This document shows, in pieces, positions 1 through 12,751 of a stretch of 64,000 nucleotides of DNA. A program made the translations under genes and the position numbers. The notes under the pieces are model-generated. The model was not told where the DNA came from and ran no database searches. It saw only the letters and a list, made by a program, of their open reading frames with translations. The stretch is from Eledone cirrhosa (lineage: Eukaryota): assembly GCA_964016885.1 (NCBI GenBank), contig OZ024741.1:325872001-325936000 (forward strand), read 5' to 3'. Numbering within the stretch: the first letter of the stretch is position 1; each line of letters begins with the position of its first letter.

Positions 1-330
1 TAGTGAGTCTTGTTACTCTGGAATTTCGTCTGTTTATCACAGGGACATCAGACAAGAAGTAACGTTTTAATAGCACACATAGTATAAATACAGAAAGTCT
101 CGAGGTGGAGGAGGAACATTTATTTGGAGATGAGTAATTACGATAAGTTAGGTAGAGTGGTGGTGGCAGTGGCGTATGACAGTCTGTCCTATCGTAATTA
201 CCCCCAATTAAATTCTCTTCCCCCCCACCTCGAATCTTCCTTTATTTATACTGTCTGATATTGAAGCGTTAGTTCCTTTCTGGTCATCCTGTGATAAACA
301 GGCGAAACTCCAGAGTTACAGGAGTTACTA
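1..330. repeat. Imperfect ~330 bp fold-back (MITE-like hairpin)
   Basis: 1-44 is the reverse complement of ~287-330. Internal pairs cgaggtgg/ccacctcg and gtaattacgata/tatcgtaattac. Confidence 0.75.
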
Positions 331-639
331 TTTAGCCTTAATACAATGAATATCAAAACTCTACTTCAGTATCAAGAACTCTCTTCCCTAAGCCTTCAAC
401 TACATATATACGTGCCAGTAAACTCTTCACACATTTAAAGCTACACAAATATACATATATCAATAATTTCTATTTTCATTAATTTCTGTAGAATAATTAT
501 ATTTTTCCTTCATTCAATATTATTATCTCTAATACAAGAGGGGAATAACAACAACCTATAATTAAAAATTTACAATAATTAGCCTTGTTAATTATGTTCA
601 TATATTATTTTACTAATTATATTAATCAATTTGTTATGG

Positions 640-1040
640 TGACATAAGACTTGAAGGTTGCTACATGAAGATATGTGAGGGTTTGATGTCAAGTAGCAAC
701 AGTGCGTGGAAAGGGAACGCCTGTAAGGAAACCTCCTTAACATAATTGAGAAGATGAGATAATGTTTGTTCTATCTATAAGGACAATATACACAACATCC
801 AGAAGAGCAAGTGATAAAACTGGTTCTATTGGCCCCATGGCACAGAGTAGGGAGGTATGGTGTATGTTATGTCATATTGACAACCTAAAACAGGATACTG
901 ATTTAGAATCTAACCAGGAACTGAACATAGCAATGATGGACAGGGAAGTGGCAACATATCACATATATTAACCACCTGAAGCAGGATAGAATAGTGTGCT
1001 GGAATCTATCTAGGAACTGAAGATAGCAATGATGGACAAC
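640..1040 (+). pseudogene. Degenerate LINE (RTE-X-like) 3' ORF fragment
   Basis: Translates to IDNLKQDTDLESNQELNIAMMDRE, a typical LINE C-terminus. The end is locally duplicated at ~1000-1040. Confidence 0.5.
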
Positions 1041-1269
1041 GGAGTATATGTATATCCTTATTTTATGTAGAAATGAATTCTACTGGATTAAAACTGTTTC
1101 ATTCGTGAAGTCTGATGATTTTATATGCATGAAGTAGCTCTAGTCCTGTAAATCATTTCTATATAAAACAAGAACATCTATACTCTATCAATGTATTAAA
1201 TAGCTTTTTCAAAATGTTATTATTTCCCAAATCCCATCGGAAATCCACCCTTTATATCTATCTATCTAG

Positions 1270-1620
1270 GGCGGGTAACATTCCCGAGATCCATCGACAA
1301 GTTCTCTCCAGCTGTCTCTGTCCATAATCACTGCTACGTCCTGCGTCCCTCAGAGACCAGTGTCTGCCCTTAGGGTATCAACATATGTCATCGTCGGTTT
1401 TCCGCTTCCAGTGTGTCCGTGTAGGACCACTGAGAGCAGTGTCAACTCATCTGAATGTCGGTGAGCATGTCCAGCTAACATCAGTCTCCTCAGTGTGACT
1501 TTCGAGGTGACTTTTAGGAGGCTTCCGTTCAGCTCTTTGTTCTTCACCCGCAGTGCATGTGGATCAATGTTCAGAGCCATCCTCGTGTAGCACCCATCCA
1601 CCAGCTGAGCGAGTCTCCTA
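1270..1620 (-). pseudogene. LINE (RTE-X-like) RT C-terminal fragment
   Basis: GCYTRMALN...NKELNGSLLKVTSKVTLRRLMLAGHAHRH...GKPTMTYVDTLRADTGL matches the post-RT region of non-LTR elements. Confidence 0.7.
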
Positions 1621-1779
1621 GTCAGTGTCCACACCGATATATATATATGTGCGTCTTTCATATAATTGTTCTGCATCCCCTTGCATTGAACCACAAAGTT
1701 ACTAACACAAAACCTACATATTTGCTAGCATAGGTATGCATCTGTATATATATGTTGGTAGATATACTAATTCTTTATA

Positions 1780-1901
<122 letters not shown>

Positions 1902-1923
1902 TATAAAGAATTAGTATATCTAC

Positions 1924-1981
<58 letters not shown>

Positions 1982-2130
1982 CTATATATCAAATGAAGAA
2001 AACGGAGTTAAAGACTCACATTAATCCCCTATAATTTAATGATCTATAAAACGCACATGTCTTTCCTCTATACAATGCTTGTTTTCTTAGTTATCTGATA
2101 TATTTTTAGAACTGTTGATCGTATTGTTAG

Positions 2131-2213
2131 GCACGCGCCGATGAGCTTCATCTACAATATGGATTATTACTTTCTATAGCGAAACATACTCTAATTTGAG
2201 TATGTCCAGGTGT
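2131..2213 (+). ncRNA. Hammerhead ribozyme-like fold (CCGAUGA variant)
   Basis: ccgatga 2138-2144, stem II gct/agc, GAAA 2181, stem III catactc/gagtatg, then TC. Stem I is weak. Confidence 0.6.
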
Positions 2214-2349
2214 TATAGTTATACTCGGATGGTTAGTATACTTTAATATATTCATTTAATTGATTTGTATTCACCATTCCTTCCGTAGTTAATATGTTCG
2301 TCACTCTGGTGGTTTTTGATCCCTATGATTGAACACATATCTCTATGTG

Positions 2350-2495
2350 TACTTCTCTCTATATGCTGATGATTTCTCCCGAATGAAACAGTTCTAGTCA
2401 CATAGAAGTCATTTCTATATTAAATATTTATACTCTGCTATGAATTGAGTACCTTACTTACTGTGGTTATCCCAGATTGAACTCGGGATAAACTT
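2350..2495 (+). mobile_element. pLTR fragment with a degenerate hammerhead, homologous to 48088-48221
   Basis: Shares ctgatgatttct..gaatgaaacagttctagtc and tactctgctatg.attgagtaccttacttactgtggtta. Ends in (TA)n. Confidence 0.65.
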
Positions 2496-2665
2496 ATATA
2501 TATATATATATATATATAGTATTTTCCGTAGTGTTGTAATATGAATATTACACACAGTAGATGGACAGCTCACGTAGAGTTTGCTCGACGGTTCCAGTTG
2601 TAGTTTCAAAAGTAATCCGGAGAAAATAGAAGGATTTAAATGGATACAGTTCAGTTAAAAGGAAT

Positions 2666-2786
2666 TTATTGACACGTGTTTCAATAAAAGTTACATAACC
2701 TAAAAACAGCTGCTATCTACAAAGTATTAATTATGTAGACATTCAATATTTCAATGTTATTATCAACTGTCATTTCATCAGAATAA
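2666..2786 (-). ncRNA. Type I hammerhead ribozyme (inverted pLTR copy)
   Basis: Reverse complement of the 4800-4920 fold. Confidence 0.75.
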
Positions 2787-2799
2787 TTTTATTGAGAAC

Positions 2800-3939
2800 A
2801 TGTTGTCACACTCAATTTAAACTCTGGTCTGATTAATCCGTTTCATAAATTGAATGAAAATCTCAAGTACGTAAATGTTGGGTCTAACCACCCCATCTCT
2901 ATAATTAAATCTATCCCTAAAAATATTTCCCTTAGAATCTCGGGTCTATCTTCTAACATACAAGTATTTAAGGAACACGCCGAGTACTACGATGACGCCC
3001 TTAGTAAAGCAGGCTACCTCAACAAAATAGAGTACATAGATGAAAACAATCAAAACACCCAAAATAAATCCCACATAGGTAGATATAATAACACAACACC
3101 AAACCACACTTACTACCATAGTATACACACCAGTAAACCAACAAACAAAACTAATAGAAAGCGATGCAAAGAGTACTTATAGTATAACCCTGAATACAAT
3201 AGTTCTATTAGTACAAATTTACCAGTACTCTTCTTTAAAATAGTTAAGAGATATTTTCCTACATCACACAAATACCACAAATCCTAAACCCTACCACTAT
3301 AAGACGGTCATACTCTACAGCGTTAAACCTCGAACAACACATAAAAAAGATCAATACTAGAAGGTTAAACGAAAACACTAAAAACTTAAGTACAAAGAAC
3401 ACAAAAAAACAGTAGACAATACACTACAGAACATAAATAAACCACACCTAAGTTCGTCCGCAATACTACTCCAGAGTAAACCTAACTACAAAACCAACGT
3501 ACACAACTGTAACTGCACCTATCCTGACAATTGCCCCCTCGCCAATAACTTCCTGGAAAAAAATATCATCTATAAGTGTACCATTGAATCCGGAGGCAAC
3601 GAGTGGTATTACGTGGGATCAACGGCAACATCGTTTAAATCTCGATTATATAGGCATTCTTACTCAATAAAACACCAGAGCCAAAGAAATGTAACAACTT
3701 TAGCAGAAAAAGCTTGGACGCTCAGGGATAGCGATCAAAAGTTTACCCTAAAATGGGAGAAATTAGCTAAAACCCAAAGCTTTTCCAGGAGCCAAAATTT
3801 CTGCCAATTGTGTAATCTTGAGATTTATTACATAATCACACACAAGAAGAACTTGCTTAATAACAGAATTGAACGAACATTATTCTGCCGTGACGGAACT
3901 AAAACCCTTTTTTCCCACTACAAGCTGAATATTACATAA
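2800..3939 (+). pseudogene. PLE RT thumb + GIY-YIG endonuclease, disrupted
   Basis: ORFs 2850-3182 and 3613-3939 are homologous to 18260-19762, with stops and frameshifts between them. Confidence 0.85.
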
Positions 3940-4216
3940 AAGAGGGACATCCCCCCAACTATATAAACCTCAATCTAGTTAGAAAAATATAAAAACAATC
4001 TCTTCTCAACATATATATGTATATTAATAACTTCAAATTACCACACTAATAGTGGAAAGATATGCGGATGAGAATAGGTGCGAATATGCTATAATGAGTG
4101 TGTCTAAAAGCGACCATTTGTATGTATATATATGTGAAAATGTATATAAATAAGTAAATATATATATATATGTTTGATGTGTATAGTTAGATGTATGTGT
4201 ATTCATGTATTAAAGT

Positions 4217-4259
<43 letters not shown>

Positions 4260-4799
4260 GACAGGAGTATGTATGTATATATGTGTGTGCCTATACGTGT
4301 TTATACGAAGATAAGTTGAGTATGAAAATGTATATACATGAATGCGTATGTATGTACATGTATATATGTATATATATGTATATATATATATGTGTGCAGG
4401 TATATATGTATGTAAGTATGAGCATGTAAGTATGTGTATGTGAGTGTATGTATTTTGTAGAGGTGTGCATATATGGTTGTGTATGAATGTGTGGGCGAAC
4501 GGATACATACACTTGAAAGAAAAATTTAAGTCTGTATGTTAATTAAGTGCAAACACAAAACCAACCATGCATACCTTTACTATCTCTAATCCTTCTATAA
4601 ATTTAGAAAAATAACCAACGCCAAATAATGTATTCTATAAAAATGTCAAAACAACAGATGGAAATCTAATTACCCACTGCTACTAAAAATTCTCACTGCT
4701 ATCAAAACAATCTCTATCCACTCCCTTAACTATTCTTCTAACTACTTCACCCCTCCCTCTTAATATTCTCTATAAAAACCAAACAGGTTCTCAATAAAA

Positions 4800-4920
4800 T
4801 TATTCTGATGAAATGACAGTTGATAATAACATTAAAATATTGAATGTCTACATAATTAATACTTTGTAGATAGCAGCTGTTTTTAGGTTATGTAACTGTT
4901 ATTGAAACACGTGTCAATAA
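4800..4920 (+). ncRNA. Type I hammerhead ribozyme in PLE1 pLTR
   Basis: ttatt-CTGATGA-aatgacagtt...aactgttatt-GAAA-cacgtg-TC-aataa. Confidence 0.85.
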
Positions 4921-4954
4921 ATTCCTTTTAACTGAACTGTATCCATTTAAATCC

Positions 4955-5040
<86 letters not shown>

Positions 5041-5097
5041 ATACTTGGGGAGGGTCATATTTGTGTAATAGTATTGCCAGAATTAAGATATATATAT

Positions 5098-5131
<34 letters not shown>

Positions 5132-5142
5132 TAATATATATA

Positions 5143-6330
5143 TATATTTCTGTTGTTCTCCTGTCTCACTCGCTTTACGCGTTTTAATTGTCCTAATAAC
5201 TTATTTTGGTTATTATTGCACCGAAGTGAGATATATGATTTTTAATGCAATGAAATATCTATGATCTTCGGCAAATCACTGATGAGGGACGTATTTTATT
5301 ACATGTTACCATGTGCTACCTGCAGTATTTTTCTCTATATTTTAATACATATATTTACCACTGCGATTCTGTGTTTTTTTCTCTCTCTCTTACTGTTCCC
5401 CCATTCTCTCTGTTTCTCCCCCTCTGTCTTGTCCGTTAACTCTTCCTCACACTTTCACTCACTCACTGTTTTTCTCCCTCTTCTCTTCATTTCATCCTGC
5501 ACTCACGGACGCTATTTTTTCTCTCTCTGCTCAATGGCCTTCGTTCGTGCTGGCACTATTCTCTAAGCGTTCATATATTCACCTAGCTTACGCTAACAGA
5601 ATAATTTTTGAAGCTTGTTTCTCTCCCACGGTATGCTATATTTTCTGTTGTTCTCCTGTCTCACTCGCTTTACGCGTTTTAATTGTCCTAATAACTTATT
5701 TTGGTTATTATTGCACCGAAGTGAGATATATGATTTTTAATGCAATGAAATATCTATGATCTTCGGCAAATCACTGATGAGGGACGTATTTTATTACATG
5801 TTACCATGTGCTACCTGCAGTATTTTTCTCTATATTTTAATACATATATTTACCACTGCGATTCTGTGTTTTTTTCTCTCTCTCTTACTGTTCCCCCACT
5901 CTCTCTGTTTCTCCCCCTCTGTCTTGTCCGTTAACTCTTCCTCACACTTTCACTCACTCACTGTTTTTCTCCCTCTTCTCTTCATTTCATCCTGCACTCA
6001 CGGACGCTATTCTTTCTCTCTCTGCTCAATGGCCTTCGTTCGTGCTGGCACTATTCTCTAAGCGCTCATATATTCACCTAGCTTACGCTAACAGAATAAT
6101 TTTTGAAGCTTGTTTCTCTCCCACGGTATGCTATATTTTCTGTTGTTCTCCTGTCTCACTCGCTTTACGCGTTTTAATTGTCCTAATAACTTATTTTGGT
6201 TATTATTGCACCGAAGTGAGATATATGATTTTTAATGCAATGAAATATCTATGATCTTCGGCAAATCACTGATGAGGGACGTATTTTATTACATGTTACC
6301 ATGTGCTACCTGCAGTATTTTTCTCTCTCT
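5143..6330 (+). repeat. Tandem 495-bp non-coding repeat (~2.4 units) between (TA)n tracts
   Basis: Near-identical ORFs recur at 5261/5756/6251. Related to 30683-31320 (-) and 31866-32020 (+). Confidence 0.9.
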
Positions 6331-6659
6331 CTATATATATATATATATTAATATACACAGTTCAAGAGTAACCAATCTTATAGAGATAGATGGAGATAGG
6401 AGAGGAGATATGAGAGGAGAGATTGGTGAATTAGTTAGAAGCCAAAGTGTAAAGGCATGTGTTCAATGTGCAATATGCAGTAGAAAGCAGCTAGGTGGCT
6501 GGGTTCATGCAGAAGTTAGGTGCGCAGAGCTGGAAATATTCATTAGTTAAGCAAAGCAAGACCACAAATTTCACAAGGAAGACATTATTAAAAGATTGTC
6601 AACATATTTTAGTTTGATGTAAGGAATGTAGAGAATAATAATAAAAATATTAATAATAA

Positions 6660-6841
6660 TTGTTTCTACTTTAGGCACAAGGCCAGCAAATACCCAGTGC
6701 ATTACTGGTACTTTATTTTATCGACCCCGTAAGGATGAAAGGCAAAGTCAACCTCGGTGGGATTTGAACTCAGACCGTAAAGGGACGTAACTATGCTGGA
6801 AAGCATGGCGTGCGACCCTCTACCGATACTGCCAATCCACT
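6660..6841 (-). mobile_element. tRNA-derived octopus-type SINE
   Basis: ggcacaaggcc...ctggtactttattttatcgaccc..ggatgaaaggcaaagt..ggatttgaactcag. B-box gagttcaaatcc on the minus strand. Confidence 0.85.
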
Positions 6842-7107
6842 GAAGTAACTCCTCGAAAGATTAGAAATTTCTAATCTCTCGAGGAGTTACTTCCCCTGAA
6901 ACCACCCTCTAATTAGTAAGATAAATATGCCCTTTGGCAGCCATCTTGTTACCCATAGGCAGATCTCACACAATGCAGCCTCGACAGATGAATACTGCTG
7001 GATTATGGCTCACAACTGATGCAACCAAGACACCATAGTAAAAACCAATATATGGAACATTATATTATGTAACATTCTCTCATTATTTTAATTTATATTC
7101 CTTTGAA

Positions 7108-7227
7108 GTTCCGATGAGCCGCTCTGTCTTTTAAATATGTTAATTATTTTCAACTGAACCAGATTAATTATGATATATAGTCATCTGATCCAGAAATATT
7201 ATATGGAGTAGCGAAACAATTGTAAAC
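7108..7227 (+). ncRNA. Type I hammerhead ribozyme (CCGAUGA variant)
   Basis: gtt-CCGATGA-gccgctct...ggagtagc-GAAA-caattg-TA-aac. Confidence 0.7.
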
Positions 7228-7834
7228 GGACATTATTATTATTAATATTATTATTATTATTCTCTACATTCCTTACATCAAACTAAAATATGTTGACAAT
7301 CTTTTAATAATATCTTCCTTGTGAAATTTGTGGTCTTGCTTTGCTTAACTAATGAATATATATTAATATATATATATTAATATATATATATATTAATATA
7401 TATATATTTATATATATGTTTGTGCGTGTGTGTGTATATAAATACAGGCATTCATGGATGCATACACATATACATTGTGCATACATATACATATATTGTA
7501 GATAAAACGACATATATCAGTCAGGCGAGAATCCATAAAGAAAGTTTTAGTCTTGAAATAACGAAGATGTTCTCGGTTGATTGGCATTTTATGTCGAACT
7601 CGCCATTATTCAGTCAGTGAAAACACTATTTGTATGCATATACTTCATGCAGAGTGCTCCCATCTGGCATTTACAGCTCACACTTTGTTGACACACACGC
7701 ACGAACGTATATATGTACGCACGCACTCACACACGCACTAACTGATGCACTCACTTACACTCACAAACCCACGCACATATGCACACACACACATATATAT
7801 ATATAGAGAGAGTCAGCTAGGTATATTAGAAGAG

Positions 7835-7904
<70 letters not shown>

Positions 7905-8202
7905 GGTGCTCTCCAAAATGTATACTTTCGTTAGAATGCTGTTGAAGTGTATATACATTTTTTGGGACACCCTTTATATATATATATATATATATACTGA
8001 GAGAGAAAGATAGAGGGAGAGGAAGAGAAAAAGATAAAAAGATAAAAAGAAAGAAAGAGAGAGAGAGAGAGTGAAAGAGAGAGAGAGAGAGAAAGAGAGA
8101 GAGCGAGATTTCTTTATTTGCCACAGGGGCACAAAAGATGGGGACAAATACAAATACAAAGTGGAGAGTTTACATACAAGCGAGATAGATAGATAGATAG
8201 AG

Positions 8203-8244
<42 letters not shown>

Positions 8245-8807
8245 GGGGGGAGCAGTAGAAAATGAAAGATAGATGGAGATATATTCCGTTTGTATTGGTA
8301 TGTCATTAAAACCGCATTTGACATGTCTGTTTAAAAGCAATTACACTCGTACAAAACCAGAAAGTTAATAAACAGCGACGAAAGTAATATATCAGTTGTC
8401 TAAAGGTGGTTAATTAGAATCTAGTATACATAGTTAAGAATAGGAACTTGAATAAAGATAGGGAAAATTTACTTTATCGGAACAGCTACGTTGATGCTGC
8501 TGTTGTTTTTTTTTTTTTAGTTTTTGTTTGAAGAAGCTACTGTGTTAAAGTTTTCGTACTAATCAATTCTATTTCAGAGATGACGGATTAAGAATTGTGT
8601 AAATAGCGTAAAGGATATGAGACAAGACGGCATAGGTACATTGTTTTTATATCTATGTATATATGTAGAGGTTTATAGGTAGAGATGTATGTAAACACAC
8701 AGACAGACACAGACACACACAAACACACACGTGTATATATATACAGACACACACACATATATATATATATATACATATATAAATATATTAATATATATGT
8801 ACGTATG

Positions 8808-8908
<101 letters not shown>

Positions 8909-8964
8909 TTATATATATATAGAGATGTTTATAAATATATATATATATACGCACATATATACTG

Positions 8965-9132
<168 letters not shown>

Positions 9133-10489
9133 CTATACGCACACACACACATATATATATATATACATGTGTGTGTGTGTATAGAAAGACAGGTATGCAT
9201 ATAAGTGTGTGAATAACAGTTAACTTAAAGTCTCAAAAGATACGCATTTGCAAATAATATTTAAAAAAATTACATAGAACGGATACATATATGTATGCAT
9301 GTGCATGTGTGTATGTATGTATATATGCATGTAAGTATTATGTATTTGTATATATATATATATATAAATATAGATATTTATATACAATTATATATATATA
9401 TATATGCATATAAATACATACATATATATATGCATATAAATACATACATAATACATACACACACACATACACACACATATAGTATACACACTTTGCATGC
9501 GGAAAAGCAATTTAAAATGATCTTGTGTTCACGTTAGTCGTAGTTTTTGTCATAAACGCTGCCATTGTAAATAGATAACAAGAGTAAAGCTTATAATCTT
9601 CCAGTGAGAACTCATTAATGAATAATTTTCTCCCACCATTTCTGCATCCAATTTGTTGTCTCCCTTTAATATTTTAATGTTTAAAGTTTTATTACAAGTT
9701 GTTATTGAGTCATTCAGTTAGAGTTAATGAATATCTCATTTCCGATGAGCGGCGGAAATGGACAAAATAACAACATACTGCTGACTTTCTGCCTGTTCTA
9801 GTGGTCTGTCAGTCTGTCAGTCTGTCTGTTTGTCTATCTATCTCCACATCACTCATTCTCTTTCCATATATGTCAGAGTTGTTAAAGCGTTAGATATATG
9901 TTCTGGATCTGAGCGTTCTGAGTTTAAATCCCACCTAGGCCCGCTTCATATTTTTCGGGGTTAAGAGATAAAGTACCAAGCTAGTTCTATATCAGTTTCT
10001 TTTATTCCAGTTGTTACGTCCATGATGTTCCGCTGCATCAATGGAGGGAGGGTCGAGAGGGGCACAGTCTTACTCCCGATTGCATGGGCATCTATAACAC
10101 TTAGCGAAAGCAACGTACAATCTACCAAGTCATTTTCGATTGCGAATAATGGCTTTAGGCAAGTATAATTGTAAACGGCTATAATATTTTTTTAACGGTA
10201 CAAAATATTTGTGACCCTCGTATGTCAGTCTCTTTTATTCACACTATCGATGTTATCCAAGGGAAAGATGAAGGCCGATACAATTTAGGACCACTGACAG
10301 AGCTACTCATATATAAACACTTCTATACACCAATGGAGTCATAAGATGTCGTAAATACATAGATGGACATTTAAAACCTGGCGGAGCCCATCATTCGACG
10401 GGTCTGAACACAGCTGATCCTTCCAGGGACGTTAAGCGAGTGACACACGAGAAAGTTATATAGCGGAAGAATCGACCTTAGTATAGGAT

Positions 10490-11320
10490 TGGTACATTTT
10501 TGTATGGACCTTGAAAGAATGAAAGTTGACCTCGGCAGAATTTGAAATACCACAAAGCACTCTATTCAACATTCTAACGATTTTGCCAATTCACCGATTA
10601 CGCACTATATATAATTGTTTCTACTTTTGACGCAAGGCCAGCAATTACCCAGTACAATACTGGTACTTTATTTTATCGACCTCGTAAGGATGAAAAGCAA
10701 AGTTAACTTCGGCGGGATTTGAACACAGATCGTAAATGAACGTAACTATGCTGGAAAGCATGGTCTCCGACCCTCTACCGATACTGCTAATTCACCATGT
10801 TGTTAAAACAAAGGGCAAAGGTCGATACAGCTTGGAACCAGTCATGTCTGCTGAGAGGACTGGGAAAACTTGATATAAAAGCGCTGTCAGGTCAGGGAAT
10901 CGAACTCGCGATTGTAAGATCATGGACAGAACCCCCTTAAATATTAAGCTAACCACCTCATAAACAGCTATAATAATTGTTTCTACTTTTGGCACAAGGC
11001 CAACAATTACCCAGTGCATTACTGGTACTTTATTTATCGACCTCGTAAGGATGAAAGGCAAAGTTAACCTCGGCGGGATTTGAACTCACAATGACTATAA
11101 TAATAGTTTCTTATATAGGCAGAAGGCCAGCAATTTTGGGGGATGGGCAGTCGATTAAATCGACTCCAGTGCGTGACTCGTACTTTATCTTATCGACCCC
11201 GTAAGGATGAAAGGCAAAGTTAACCTCAACGGGATTTGAACTCAGATCACAAAGGGTCGTAACTCTGTGCTGCAAAGCATGGCGTCCGGCCCTCTACCGA
11301 TACTACCAATCCACCACCCT
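10490..11320 (-). mobile_element. Cluster of four SINE copies (~10490-10600, 10613-10795, 10975-11090, 11103-11320)
   Basis: Each repeats the SINE core seen at 6660-6841. Confidence 0.85.
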
Positions 11321-11644
11321 CGTAAACAGCTATAATAATAGTAATGTAAATATGCTATAGGGAACGATACAAAGAAAATAGGAAGCAATACAAAATAAAA
11401 AAAATCATAACCGAAATAATTTGTCTACAAGAAAGGCCTTTCATAAGTAAAATACATTTATATTTTGTTTATGTATATGTATGGGTGTATGTATGTATTC
11501 AGAATTACATACCCAAACACCCACACACTTATCTATCTAAGATATACAAATATATTGCACATTATATGCACATGTTTAAGTATATATATATATATATATA
11601 TATACATGCACACACACACACACGTATATATATATATATATATA

Positions 11645-12172
11645 TAAAGAAAATTTTCGCTCTACATGGCTGAATACAATAAATGTATGAGTTTTTCGAA
11701 TATTAATGATAACATTCGATTCGTTTGCAATTATGCAAACAAGCCTCAATTTTATAGCCATGTCAGTAGAATGAACATTTCATTCTTGCTTTTGTGTTGG
11801 CATGTGAACAGATCTGCAGACACTAATGTTTCTGGGTATCACCCTTCATCCCTTCATCAGTACAGCTCACTGTTCACCTGCGAAACTGTCAGGGCTAGTG
11901 AAAATATATGCTATTTTCAAAAATACACAGTGATTGATCGGCCTGATTTGCATATTAGCAGAGTGGCTGATCAGTCAGATCTGCATATTTGCAGATCCAC
12001 TGATCAGCTAGATTTGCATATCAGCAGACTGGCCACTCAGTTTCGTGTATACGAGCGATAAATGGCCGGCTTTGCCAAATTCAAATAAAAAAGAATGTTT
12101 TCGCTCTACATGGCTGAATACAATAAATGTAATCTGAGTTTTTCGAATATTAATAATAACATTCGATTCGAT
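11645..12172 (-). mobile_element. Retrozyme-like unit (~444-bp period, terminal direct repeat, one hammerhead)
   Basis: ttttcgctctacatggctgaatacaataaatgt...cattcgattcg occurs at ~11654 and ~12098. TA flanks. Confidence 0.7.
11814..11865 (-). ncRNA. Type I hammerhead ribozyme
   Basis: Minus strand ctgta-CTGATGA-aggg...ccca-GAAA-cattagtg-TC-tgcag. Confidence 0.8.
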
Positions 12173-12251
12173 TCGAACGGTGAGCTGTATTATTAATATA
12201 AGAAAAACTCAGATTACATTTATTATATATATATATATATATATATAGTTA

Positions 12252-12326
<75 letters not shown>

Positions 12327-12751
12327 GTATAGAGGTGTAACACACGAGTTGTGATATATTAGTAAAAGGAAAAGAAAATGCTGACAAATTTTTCCCAATG
12401 AAAAATAGTTTAATTAGGAATAAGTATTCAGTTTTTACCGGTTGCATATATATATTCATTCATATACACGCATACATAGCTATGTATGTATGTATGTATG
12501 TATGTATGTATGTATGTATGTATGTATGTATGTATGTATCTATGTATGTATGTATGTATGTATGTATGTATGTATGTATGTATGCATGCATGTATGCATG
12601 CATGTATGCATGTATGTATGTATGTATGTATGTATGTATGTATGTATGTATGTATGTATGTATGTATGCATGCATGCATGCATGCATGCATGTATGTATG
12701 TATGTATGTATGTATGTATGTATGTATGTATGCATGTATGCATGTATGTAT

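Larger units (their letters stand above)
2519..4960 (+). mobile_element. Penelope-like element 1 (5'-truncated, inverted pLTRs 2626-2799 / 4787-4960)
   Basis: RT thumb (YVNVGSNHP), CNC...CP linker and GIY-YIG remnants (IIYKC...YVGST...RLYRH). Inverted repeats, with (TA)n on both flanks. Confidence 0.9.
6355..7358 (+). mobile_element. Non-autonomous PLE-like fold-back element with hammerhead
   Basis: Inverted repeat 6537-6657 / 7236-7358, central palindrome 6842-6893, hammerhead 7108-7227, TA flanks. Confidence 0.65.

Noticed and set aside
1066-1162. ctgatga within a hairpin
   Set aside because: Decayed fold-back of the 48088 family with GAAA lost, so not counted as intact.
5261-6254. Repeated 101-aa and 70-aa ORFs
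   Set aside because: By-products of the 495-bp repeat, with no recognisable protein features.
6750-6840. tRNA genes
   Set aside because: B-box motifs belong to SINE heads, with no complete cloverleaf.
9737-9762. ccgatgagcggcggaaa as a hammerhead
   Set aside because: No stems I or III. It is just a short hairpin.
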